Shown: positions 30,460 to 38,893 of the stretch, piece after piece | Position numbering within the stretch: the stretch's first letter is position 1 | Layout: every line of letters begins with the position of its first letter | DNA from: Beijerinckiaceae bacterium | GTDB lineage: Bacteria > Pseudomonadota > Alphaproteobacteria > Rhizobiales > Beijerinckiaceae | Direction: 5' to 3' | NCBI GenBank assembly: GCA_009773635.1 | Contig: WSYC01000012.1 | Coordinates: 114,030-178,029, forward strand | Length of the DNA stretch: 64,000 bases | Program-made: the position numbers and the translations under genes | Notes under the pieces: generated by a model | The model's input: the letters and a program-made list of their open reading frames with translations, nothing else | What the model was told of the DNA's origin: nothing | The model's database searches: none

Positions 30460-31029
30460 TTATTTGCGGCCAAAAGCCGCCGCCAGCTGGCCGATCTGGC
30501 TCGCAACCGGGTTGGCTGTCTCCTTGGGAGCCTGACCCTTGAGCTCCTGATCGATGCGCTGGATGCGCACCTGAAGGCTCTTCGAGCGGTCGATGAGATC
30601 GCGGAGCGTTTCCGGCAACTGCTCGAACACATCCCCGGCGATCGAGGATTCCTGCATCGCGATGACAACGCGGCGGTGTTCGCGCTCCGCATCGTCACGC
30701 GTGAGCTCGCCCTCGTTCACGGCACGCTGGAGCAGGAGCCAGGACGTCAGCTGCATCAGCCGTGTCGTCAGGCGCATGCTTTCGCTGGCGTAGGCCAAGG
30801 CGATGTTGCGGTCGAGGTTCTTTGATTCGACACGCCCTTCCCCATCAAGATAGCCGGCGGTGGCCTCAACGAGGCCCATGCCCTCGCGGAACAGTGTCAT
30901 GAAGCCTTCTGACGCAAGCATGCGTTCCGTGAAGGATACGGCGCCAGCGCGCAGCCCGGCTTCCTGGGTTCCAATTCCTGCCATCACTGTATCGCGTGTT
31001 TGATCCTGCATGGTGGTCTCCGTCATCAA
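30460..31029 (-). CDS. rcdA: Regulator of CtrA degradation (DUF1465)
   Basis: LFREGMGLVE.TA.YLDG.GR...YA.ESMRLTTRLMQL.SWLLLQRA. Confidence 0.92.
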   Translation of the reverse strand: MMTETTMQDQTRDTVMAGIGTQEAGLRAGAVSFTERMLASEGFMTLFREGMGLVEATAGYLDGEGRVESKNLDRNIALAYASESMRLTTRLMQLTSWLLLQRAVNEGELTRDDAEREHRRVVIAMQESSIAGDVFEQLPETLRDLIDRSKSLQVRIQRIDQELKGQAPKETANPVASQIGQLAAAFGRK

Positions 31030-31158
31030 AATGTGCCGCGCCGGAACAGGAGCGAGCTGATGAGGAACCTTTCTGCAAGACTAACACCATCAGGCGATGG
31101 CGAAATGAAGACAGTATAGGAATGGTTAACGCCGAGGCGCGCGCCTGCCGCAATTGCC

Positions 31159-31259
31159 AAAAAAAAGGATCGCCGGAGCGATCCTGAATAAAGTCCAACA
31201 GGGAGGCGTCAAACAGAGCAGCAGGAGCCACTCGGGATCCGGCGAACCGGAACGCCCAT
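31159..31259 (-). ncRNA. Candidate trans-acting sRNA with anti-SD loop and intrinsic terminator
   Basis: Three hairpins on the minus strand: UCCGG-uucg-CCGGA; GUUUGAC-GCCUCCCU-GUUGGAC; GGAUCGC-uccg-GCGAUCC followed by U8. No credible ORF. Confidence 0.65.
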
Positions 31260-31277
31260 CGTTTTAAACCAAAGGCC

Positions 31278-31292
31278 TTAACGAGACGTTAA
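31278..31292. promoter_or_regulatory. Perfect CtrA box
   Basis: TTAA-cgagacg-TTAA, about 20 nt upstream of the candidate sRNA. Confidence 0.8.
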
Positions 31293-31374
31293 GTTCGTAC
31301 AATTTTCATCAAATGCATGGTATTTTCGCCCATGTTGCTGATTTGCTCGCGAAATCCGCACATGCCCCCGAAAT

Positions 31375-31563
31375 CTACCGCTTGAACAGGGCATCCGCGG
31401 CGGCCTGCGTCGAGAGCTTCCGGGCTCGCGCCTCGGCCAGCCGGGCGATCTCGGCGTGAAGCTGTTCGATCCGCTCGTCGATCTCGGCGATGGCGAGCGG
31501 CGAGAGGTCCTGACCGATCTCGTGGGTCGATTTTTTCCTCGGTTCTGCGTCCTCGTTGAACAT
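31375..31563 (-). CDS. DUF1192 family small protein
   Basis: HEIGQDLS.L.+.E+.ERI..L..EI.RL......K.....AAD.LFK. Confidence 0.88.
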   Translation of the reverse strand: MFNEDAEPRKKSTHEIGQDLSPLAIAEIDERIEQLHAEIARLAEARARKLSTQAAADALFKR

Positions 31564-31779
31564 TCGGGCTCTCCGCGAAGCTGATGTGCATGCCAATCTT
31601 GCGTGCATCAAATCCGGACAGTATAAGGGCGCATTCCCAAATTGGCATCGAGTGTTTCTCGTTGCGGGCCGCCCGGGGAAGGCGGCGCGAACGGGAAGGC
31701 GTATCTGGATGTTGCCCCCGGGCAGGGTGGCAGCAGTAAACTGACAACACGAAGACAAGACATTCAGGAGAACGGATCG

Positions 31780-32454
31780 ATGGCAACGCTTCTTATGGCG
31801 AAAGCGACGGCGGTATGGCTCGTTGAAAACACCGCCCTCACCTTCGATCAGATCGCCGTGTTCTGCACGCTGCATCCGCTCGAAGTGAAGGGCATCGCCG
31901 ATGGCGACGTCGCCGCCGGCATGAAGGGGCTCGACCCCGTGCAGGCCGGTCAGCTCAGCCGCGAGGAACTTGAGCGCGCGGAAGCCGACCCGAACTATCG
32001 CCTCAAGCTCCTTGAGCCGAAGGTCCGCCTGCCGGATCTCAAGCGCACCAAGGGCCCGCGCTATACGCCGGTCTCGAAGCGTCAGGATCGCCCGAATGCG
32101 ATCCAGTGGCTGCTCAAGAACCACCCCGAGCTGAAGGATGCGCAGATCATCCGCCTCGTCGGCACCACGAAATCGACGATCCAGTCGGTCAAGGAACGCA
32201 CCCACTGGAACGCCGGCAACCTCGCGCCGCTCGATCCGGTAACCCTCGGCCTGTGCTCGCAGATCGATCTCGATCTTGAAGTCGGTCGCGCCTCGAAGGA
32301 TCGCCCGGCCAATGTGGTGCCGGATGTCGGGGCGACGCTGATCCCGGCGGAAATGACGACGGCGGCGGAAGCCCCGAAGAAGAAGGTCGAGCTCGACGCC
32401 GAGCACGTCTTCGCCAAGCTGAAAGATCTCAAGCCGCTCGACGACGACGAGTAA
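31780..32454 (+). CDS. trcR: DUF1013 protein (TrcR-like, RNA-polymerase-associated cell-cycle factor)
   Basis: LM.KATAVWLVENT.LTFDQIA.FC.LH.LEVKGIADG; YTPVSKRQDRP.AI.WL. Confidence 0.9.
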   Translation: MATLLMAKATAVWLVENTALTFDQIAVFCTLHPLEVKGIADGDVAAGMKGLDPVQAGQLSREELERAEADPNYRLKLLEPKVRLPDLKRTKGPRYTPVSKRQDRPNAIQWLLKNHPELKDAQIIRLVGTTKSTIQSVKERTHWNAGNLAPLDPVTLGLCSQIDLDLEVGRASKDRPANVVPDVGATLIPAEMTTAAEAPKKKVELDAEHVFAKLKDLKPLDDDE

Positions 32455-32459
32455 GTCGG

Positions 32460-32520
32460 GCATCCCCGCGCAACCGGTGTGAGCCTCGGCTCACGACCGG
32501 CGCGCGTCATGGGGAGATGC
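32460..32520. repeat. Long imperfect palindrome (about 60 nt)
   Basis: gcatcccc-gcgc-ccggt-gtgagcc / ggctcac-accgg-gcgc-gggga-gatgc. Confidence 0.75.
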
Positions 32521-32590
32521 GCTCACCAAATACACCAAAAAGTAGTGTTTTTATCAAATACTCTTTTTGGTTGTATATGGAGTCGTATCC

Positions 32591-33142
32591 GTGCCTTATC
32601 TGATTGATACCTGCGTGCTCAGGGAGTTGCACCTACCCCGCCCGTTCTGGCGCGTTCGCCGGGCGGTTGACGATCTCTGGATTGAAGATGTCCACATGAG
32701 CGTCGTGACCTTCGCGATCATGGAGGGCGGCGCGATCCAGTTGCCGCAGGAATTCAAGCAGCGCCGCGTGCGCGGCTGGATGCAGGACATGCGCCGTAAA
32801 CTCGGCAAGAACCTGCATGGTATCGATTACGAAACCAGCATCATCTGGGGGCAGATCATGTCATCCGCCAATCGACGGCGGCTGCGCTTGCCCTATCACG
32901 ACAGTTTGCTCGCCGCGACAGCGAAACGCCACGAGCTTACGGTGATGACGCGGAATGTCGGCTACTACGCGCCGTTCAGTATCGAGGTTCTCAACCCCTG
33001 GGGCGATCCGAAGGACAGCGATTACGACTACGGTGAGAAGCCGGAGAATGATGCGATCGAGCCGGGCACGACGAGCGCGGAGTTCCTCATTCCGGGCGGT
33101 GACGCAGGCACCCTGGAGGAAGAGACGGCAGCGGCCGCCTGA
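32591..33142 (+). CDS. PIN-domain (VapC-like) protein with acidic C-terminal tail and no adjacent antitoxin
   Basis: YLIDTCVLRE, VSVVT..+ME.G, HDSLLAATAKRHELTVMTRN; GTG start at 32591 after GGAG. Confidence 0.85.
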   Translation: MPYLIDTCVLRELHLPRPFWRVRRAVDDLWIEDVHMSVVTFAIMEGGAIQLPQEFKQRRVRGWMQDMRRKLGKNLHGIDYETSIIWGQIMSSANRRRLRLPYHDSLLAATAKRHELTVMTRNVGYYAPFSIEVLNPWGDPKDSDYDYGEKPENDAIEPGTTSAEFLIPGGDAGTLEEETAAAA

Positions 33143-33174
33143 TCCCCCGATGTCGAAGCAAGGCTCGCCACCCC

Positions 33175-35088
33175 TCAGCCGGCCTTGTATCCGGCCTTGA
33201 GCGCCCCTGCGATTTCATCGAGCACCGCTGGGTCGTCGATCGTCGCCGGAATCGACCAGGCGTCACCGTCGGCGATCTTCTTCATCGTGCCGCGCAGGAT
33301 CTTGCCCGAGCGCGTCTTCGGCAGGCGGTTGACCACCAGCGTGTGCTTGAAGGCGGCAACCGGGCCGATCCGGTCGCGCACGAGACGGACGCAATCCTTC
33401 TCGATCTCGGCCTGCGAGGCATGCACGCCGGCTTTCAGAACCACGAAGCCGAGGGGCACCTCGCCCTTCAGGCTGTCTTTCGCGCCGATCACCGCGCATT
33501 CCGCCACCGAAGGATGCGACGCCAGAACTTCTTCCATGCCGCCCGTCGAGAGGCGATGGCCGGCGACATTGATGATGTCATCGGTGCGACCCATGATGAA
33601 GAGGTAGCCATCCGCATCGCGGTAGCCTGCGTCCGAGGTGTTGTAATAACCCGGATATTCCGCGAGATAGCCGGTCTGGAAGCGCTCTTCGGCGTTCCAG
33701 AGCGTCGGCAGGCAGCCCGGTGGCAGCGGCAGCTTGATCGCGATGGAGCCCATCTTGCCCGCTTCTACCGGCTTGCCGGTTTCATCGAGGATCTGCACAT
33801 CGTACCCCGGCATCGGCACCGTCGGCGAGCCGTGCTTGACCGGCAGGATGCCAAGCCCGAGCGGATTGCCGGCGATGGCCCAGCCGGTCTCGGTCTGCCA
33901 CCAATGGTCGATGACCGGCACCTTGAGGATGTCCTCGGCCCATTTCACGGTATCGGGATCGGCGCGCTCGCCGGCGAGAAACAGCGCCTTGAAACCGGCA
34001 AGGTCATACTTGGCGAGGTATTCGGCCCTGGGGTCTTCCTTGCGGATCGCGCGGAAGGCGGTGGGTGCGGTGAAGAGCACCTTGATCCTGTAATCGGAAA
34101 TCATCCGCCAGAAGGCGCCGGGGTCAGGTGTTCCGACCGGCTTGCCCTCGTAGACGATGGTGGTGCAGCCCTTCAAGAGCGGCGCATAACAGATATAGGA
34201 ATGCCCGACGACCCAGCCGACATCGGACGCCGCCCAATAGACATCGCCGGCCTCGACGCCATAGAGCGCGCCCATTGACCAGTTGAGCGCCACCATGTGG
34301 CCGCCGTTGTCACGCACGACGCCCTTGGGCTTGCCGGTGGTGCCGGAAGTATAGAGGATATAGAGCGGGTCCGTCGCGGCCAGCGGTTCCGGTGCGAGCG
34401 GGCCGGCGCCCTCTGCGATCAGTTCCGCACGCAGGGCCATCCAGTCATAATCGCGACCTTCGATCAGGCTCGCCTGCTCTTGCGGGCGCTGAAGGATGAT
34501 CGTCGTTTCAGGCTTGTGCTGCGCTTCCGCGATTGCGCGGTCGAGCAGCGGCTTGTAGTGCACAACCCGGCCCGGCTCGACGCCGCAGGATGCTGCCAGG
34601 ATGAGCGTGGGCCGGGCATCGTCAAGGCGGGTCGCGAGTTCATGCGCGGCAAACCCGCCGAACACCACCGAATGCACCGCACCGATGCGCGCGCAGGCCA
34701 GCATCGCGACGAGCGCCTCGGGCACCATCGGCATATAGATGATGACGCGGTCGCCCTTGCCGACGTTGAAGCGCTTCAGCATGTGCCCGACGAGTTCGAC
34801 CTCGCGCAGCAGCTCTGAATAGCTCAGGGTGCGCCGGGTATCGGCGACGGGCGAATCGTAGATGATCGCGGGCTGGTTGCCGCGCCCGGCGGCGATATGG
34901 CGGTCGAGGCAATTCTGGCTGGTGTTGCAGACGCCATCCGCGAACCAGCGGCCGTAGACGCCGGCTTTGGGATCAAAAATCGTTTGAGGGAGCTTGATCC
35001 AGTCGATATCCGCAGCGGCCTCGCGCCAGAAGCCCTGGGGATCGCTCTGCCAGCGGGCATAAACCTCGTGATAGCGGCTCGTCTGCAT
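33175..35088 (-). CDS. prpE: Propionyl-CoA synthetase
   Basis: W..D.EGFW, YILYTSGTTGKPKGVVRDNGGH, DHWWQTETGW, LPKTRSGKILR. Confidence 0.93.
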   Translation of the reverse strand: MQTSRYHEVYARWQSDPQGFWREAAADIDWIKLPQTIFDPKAGVYGRWFADGVCNTSQNCLDRHIAAGRGNQPAIIYDSPVADTRRTLSYSELLREVELVGHMLKRFNVGKGDRVIIYMPMVPEALVAMLACARIGAVHSVVFGGFAAHELATRLDDARPTLILAASCGVEPGRVVHYKPLLDRAIAEAQHKPETTIILQRPQEQASLIEGRDYDWMALRAELIAEGAGPLAPEPLAATDPLYILYTSGTTGKPKGVVRDNGGHMVALNWSMGALYGVEAGDVYWAASDVGWVVGHSYICYAPLLKGCTTIVYEGKPVGTPDPGAFWRMISDYRIKVLFTAPTAFRAIRKEDPRAEYLAKYDLAGFKALFLAGERADPDTVKWAEDILKVPVIDHWWQTETGWAIAGNPLGLGILPVKHGSPTVPMPGYDVQILDETGKPVEAGKMGSIAIKLPLPPGCLPTLWNAEERFQTGYLAEYPGYYNTSDAGYRDADGYLFIMGRTDDIINVAGHRLSTGGMEEVLASHPSVAECAVIGAKDSLKGEVPLGFVVLKAGVHASQAEIEKDCVRLVRDRIGPVAAFKHTLVVNRLPKTRSGKILRGTMKKIADGDAWSIPATIDDPAVLDEIAGALKAGYKAG

Positions 35089-35349
35089 GACATCCCTCCC
35101 GTCAACACCAATCGCCCGGCTTCCGGACTTGTTGCCATGCTTTTAGCGCTTTTGCTCGGGAAGATCGCTTAGCAATTTGTGGAACAACCGCCCGGGTTTG
35201 AACAAAATGCGACCGTTTTTTTAAGTAACGAAATCGCGCCGGCGCGGTTGACCAAGCCGTGATCCGCTGCATAAGGTCCGCGTCTCTTGTATGCGACAGG
35301 CCCTCAACACAGCAGGTCGCCGCCCGGAACGGGCAATGGGAAAACGATT

Positions 35350-35619
35350 GTGAGCGATCCTATCCGAGAAGCGCTTGCGCGCCTGTCCACGGCGATTGAC
35401 CGGCTCGACACCGTCTCGCTGCGCCATGCCGACGGCGATCGCGCGCGCGCCACGCTTGAGACCGAGCTCTCGCTGATGCGGGAGGACCGCCACCAGCTCG
35501 CCCGGCTGCTCGACGAGGAGAAGTCCTCACGCACAACCGCCGAAATGAGCCTGGGCGATCTCGCTCCCCGGATAGACCGCGCGATTGCGGCCATCCGCAC
35601 CAGTCTCACCCAGAGCTGA
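35350..35619 (+). CDS. DUF4164 family coiled-coil protein
   Basis: AL.RL..A+DRL...E+..+..DR..LA..LD; conserved position upstream of zapA; GTG start. Confidence 0.8.
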   Translation: MSDPIREALARLSTAIDRLDTVSLRHADGDRARATLETELSLMREDRHQLARLLDEEKSSRTTAEMSLGDLAPRIDRAIAAIRTSLTQS

Positions 35620-35639
35620 GCCAAGGAACGCGATACCCC

Positions 35640-36011
35640 ATGGCGCAGGTTACGGTAACGATCGATGGCAAACAGTTCCGCATGGCGTGCGAGGACGGCC
35701 AGGAACGCCACCTCGAAGGCCTCGCTGGCCACATCGACGGTCGCATCAAGATGATGCGCGAAAGCTTCGGCGAAATCGGCGATCTCCGCCTCACAGTGAT
35801 GGCCGCGCTGATGGTCGCGGACGAGTTTTTTGAGGAACGCCGCAAGGGCGAGGAGATCAAGGCCACCATCGAGGCCGACAGGGCCGCCCGCACGCAGGCC
35901 GCGGAAGGCGTCTCGCAGCGCGATATGGCGATCGCCGGTGCCATCGACGGGCTGACCAGCCGCGTCGAGCGCGTGGCGCGCATGCTCGCCGCGCCGCAGT
36001 CCGACAACTGA
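35640..36011 (+). CDS. zapA: Cell division protein ZapA
   Basis: V.V.I.G+.FRMACEDGQE.HL..LA...GEIGDLRL.VMAALMVADE. Confidence 0.95.
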   Translation: MAQVTVTIDGKQFRMACEDGQERHLEGLAGHIDGRIKMMRESFGEIGDLRLTVMAALMVADEFFEERRKGEEIKATIEADRAARTQAAEGVSQRDMAIAGAIDGLTSRVERVARMLAAPQSDN

Positions 36012-36129
36012 GCCGATTGGCCCCGGTCGCAGGCGGAATATCCCGATATTGGTGCATTCAGCCTGTGCAACCCGTGCTTCCGCTCGGATGCCCCCTTCTC
36101 TTCTCGCCCCGAAGCGCTTACATTGATCT

Positions 36130-36287
36130 TGCGGGGCTGCGGAATGCGGCAGGTTATACGTATTCCCCGGGGCCTTAACAATCCCTAGGGAGCTGTACCT
36201 ATCCGGACCCGTGGGTCCGGGTACACGGCGCCCACCTACTTATGTAGGTTCCCGGGATCGACACTCCACCGGTTCTGTGGCTCCGCA
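36130..36287 (+). ncRNA. ssrS: 6S RNA
   Basis: Downstream of zapA. Terminal pairing gcggggctgcgg/ctgtggctccgc. Central alphaproteobacterial 6S motifs ccccggggcc...agggagctg...ggcgcccacctacttatgtagg..cccggg; about 158 nt. Confidence 0.9.
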
Positions 36288-36328
36288 CTTTCTTTCGCCG
36301 CCGATCATGGATCGGCTGCGTTTTTTCT

Positions 36329-36397
36329 GGTCGTGTTCTCTTCACGCGAACCGGTTTCATCCCCGCCTTCACGGGGACATGCTTCGCTTGAAAATTC
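36329..36397 (-). repeat. CIR/RIME/BRU-RS-like intergenic repeat with an inserted hairpin
   Basis: Minus strand ttttcaagcgaag-[catgtccccgtgaaggcggggatg]-aaaccggttcgcgtgaagagaa; related copy at 63087. Confidence 0.7.
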
Positions 36398-36416
36398 TTC
36401 CTGATTTCGAGGCCTC

Positions 36417-37238
36417 ATGCGCATTCTGTTTCTGGGTGATGTCGTCGGCAAACCGGGCCGCGAGGCTGTCCAACGCCACCTTCCTTCCCTCCGCGCCCGC
36501 TGGAACCTCGATTGCGTCGTGATCAACGGCGAGAACTCCGCCGGAACGATCGGGATCACCGAGGCGATCTGCAACGAATTCATCGATGCCGGTGCCGATG
36601 CCGTCACGCTTGGCAACCATTCCTGGGACCAGCGCGAGGCGCTCGTGTTCATCGAGCGCGAGCACCGTCTGATCCGCCCGGCAAACTTCTCCAAGGGCAC
36701 GCCGGGGCGCGGCTCCGCGCTTGTTGAGGCGCGCGATGGCCGCCGCGTTCTCGTTATCAACCTCATTGGCCGCGTTTACATGGGCCTTGCGGATGATCCC
36801 TTCGTCGAGATCGAACGGCAGATCGCCGCCTGCCCGCTCGGGGCCGGTTGCGACGCGATGCTGATCGACATGCACGCCGAAGCCACCAGCGAAAAACAGG
36901 CGATGGCGCATTTCGTCGATGGTCGCGCCTCCATCGTCGTCGGCACGCATACCCATGTGCCAACAGCCGACCACCATATCCTCGCGGGCGGCACGGCCTA
37001 TCTGACGGACGCCGGCATGTGCGGCGACTATGATTCGATCCTCGGCTGCGAGAAGACTGCACCGATGCACCGTTTCCTCCATTCGACGCCCTCGGGCCGC
37101 TTCGAGGTGCCGGACGGCGAGGCGACGCTGTGCGGCTTCGCTGTCGAGACCGACGACAAAACGGGCCTCGCCAAGGCCTGCTGGGCGGTGCGCATCGGCC
37201 CGATGCTTGAGACAAGCCTGCCGAAGGGGTGGGAATAA
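36417..37238 (+). CDS. ymdB: TIGR00282/YmdB family metallophosphoesterase
   Basis: FLGDVVGKPG, NGENSAG, TLGNH, DMHAEATSEK, VGTHTHVPTAD. Confidence 0.95.
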   Translation: MRILFLGDVVGKPGREAVQRHLPSLRARWNLDCVVINGENSAGTIGITEAICNEFIDAGADAVTLGNHSWDQREALVFIEREHRLIRPANFSKGTPGRGSALVEARDGRRVLVINLIGRVYMGLADDPFVEIERQIAACPLGAGCDAMLIDMHAEATSEKQAMAHFVDGRASIVVGTHTHVPTADHHILAGGTAYLTDAGMCGDYDSILGCEKTAPMHRFLHSTPSGRFEVPDGEATLCGFAVETDDKTGLAKACWAVRIGPMLETSLPKGWE

Positions 37239-37325
37239 CCTCACCGCGCCCGGGCTTCCCTTTTCCCGCCAGTTTTTCTATAAGCCCGCCACTTCCTTCA
37301 CCCCGTTCACGTTTCGAGGCAGCGC

Positions 37326-38072
37326 ATGGCCGGTCACAGCCAATTCAAGAACATCATGCACCGCAAGGGCAAGCAGGATGCCGTGCGCTCGAAAATGTTC
37401 TCGAAGTTCGCGCGCGAAATCACTGTCGCCGCCAAGATGGGCACGCCCGACCCCGCGATGAACCCGCGTCTGCGCATGGCCGTGCTGGCCGCCCGCGCCG
37501 AAAACATGCCGAAAGACAACATCGAGCGCGCGATCAAGAAGGCGATCGGCGGCGATGCGGAGAGCTACGACGAGGTGCGTTACGAGGGCCGTGGCCCCGG
37601 CGGCGTGATGCTGATCGTCGAGGCGCTGACCGATAACCGCAACCGGACGTCTGCCGCCGTGCGCTCCTATTTCACCAAGGCGGGCGGCGAGTTGGGCGCA
37701 ACGGGCTCAGCGACCTTCATGTTCGACCGCATCGGCGAGATTGCCTACCCTGCCACCGCCGGCGATGCAGACGCGGTGATGGAAGCCGCCATCGAGGCCG
37801 GCGCGGAGGATGTCATCTCCGACGAGAACGGGCACACGATCCTCTGCGCCTTCGCCGATCTCTCGGATGTCTCGAAGGCGCTGGAAGCGAGCCTCGGCGC
37901 GCCCTCCTCCGCCAAGGGCATCTGGAAGCCGCAGAACAACGTGATGGTTGATCTCGAAAAGGCGCAATCGGTGATGAAGCTCATCGACAACCTCGACAAC
38001 GACGACGACGTGCAGAACGTGTTCTCGAACTTCGAGGTTTCCGACGAGGATATGGCCAAGCTCACGGCGTGA
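37326..38072 (+). CDS. yebC: YebC/PmpR family protein
   Basis: [17 protein letters not shown]; YEG.GPGGV; DDVQNV.SN. Confidence 0.97.
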   Translation: MAGHSQFKNIMHRKGKQDAVRSKMFSKFAREITVAAKMGTPDPAMNPRLRMAVLAARAENMPKDNIERAIKKAIGGDAESYDEVRYEGRGPGGVMLIVEALTDNRNRTSAAVRSYFTKAGGELGATGSATFMFDRIGEIAYPATAGDADAVMEAAIEAGAEDVISDENGHTILCAFADLSDVSKALEASLGAPSSAKGIWKPQNNVMVDLEKAQSVMKLIDNLDNDDDVQNVFSNFEVSDEDMAKLTA

Positions 38073-38268
38073 CTTCTTGCCCGAGGGGCAGCCTTTCGAC
38101 TGCTCTCTCGGGCGGTTCCCCCCAACGGATGCTGGCGTTTCCTGCTCGGCGTCGCGTTGCTCCTAGCTTCGGCCTTCAGCCTCGCAGGGCACCCGGCCAC
38201 CCACAGATTTTCGGGCCCAGTGGCCATTTCACCTTTCGTTCTCGTTTTCCGCTGCATAACTTGCGGCC

Positions 38269-38772
38269 ATGGAGCCCTCTGCACGAATCAAATCCATCAC
38301 GCGAATCATCGGCATCGATCCCGGCCTCCGCCACACCGGCTGGGGCATCGTGGAGATCGAGGGTTCGCGCCTGAGCTATGTCGCCTGCGGTGCGGTGGAA
38401 CCCTCCCCCAAGGCCGATTTCGCGGACCGGCTGGCCGCGATCCACGAGGGGCTGCGCATCGTGATCCATGACCATGCGCCGCATGAGGCTGCGGTCGAGG
38501 AAACCTTCGTCAACAAGGATGCACGGGCGACGTTGAAGCTCGGCGCGGCGCGGGGCATCGCCCTGCTGGTGCCGGCACAGGCCGGGCTCAAGGTCGCGGA
38601 ATACGCGCCCAATCAGGTCAAGAAGAGCGTTGTCGGCGCCGGGCATGCCGAAAAGGCGCAGATCCGCCTGATGGTGAAGGTGCTGCTGCCCAAAGCGGAG
38701 TTTCGCACCGATGACATGGCCGATGCGCTGGCCATCGCCATCTGCCATGCGCATAATCGGGTGCGGGGATGA
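38269..38772 (+). CDS. ruvC: Holliday junction resolvase RuvC
   Basis: [23 protein letters not shown]+, D.ADALAIA.CH. Confidence 0.97.
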   Translation: MEPSARIKSITRIIGIDPGLRHTGWGIVEIEGSRLSYVACGAVEPSPKADFADRLAAIHEGLRIVIHDHAPHEAAVEETFVNKDARATLKLGAARGIALLVPAQAGLKVAEYAPNQVKKSVVGAGHAEKAQIRLMVKVLLPKAEFRTDDMADALAIAICHAHNRVRG

Positions 38773-38781
38773 TAGCGGTTC

Positions 38782-38878
38782 GTGTCATTCCCGACGATGC
38801 GCAGCATCGAGCGGGAATCCAGAGACTGGTAAGAACTGGATTCCCGTCCGCCGGCTTCGCCGTCGCCGGGAATGACAC
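38782..38878. repeat. Complete REP/RIME-like palindromic doublet
   Basis: GTGTCATTCCCG-hairpin-CGGGAATCCAG, 13-nt spacer, CTGGATTCCCG-hairpin-CGGGAATGACAC. Confidence 0.85.
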
Positions 38879-38893
38879 TATTGAGGACGCACC

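Noticed and set aside
31556-31744. Relic of the quinone oxidoreductase often found between DUF1192 and DUF1013
   Set aside because: Only vague similarity (SGQYKG) to the expected C-terminus; not distinguishable from chance.
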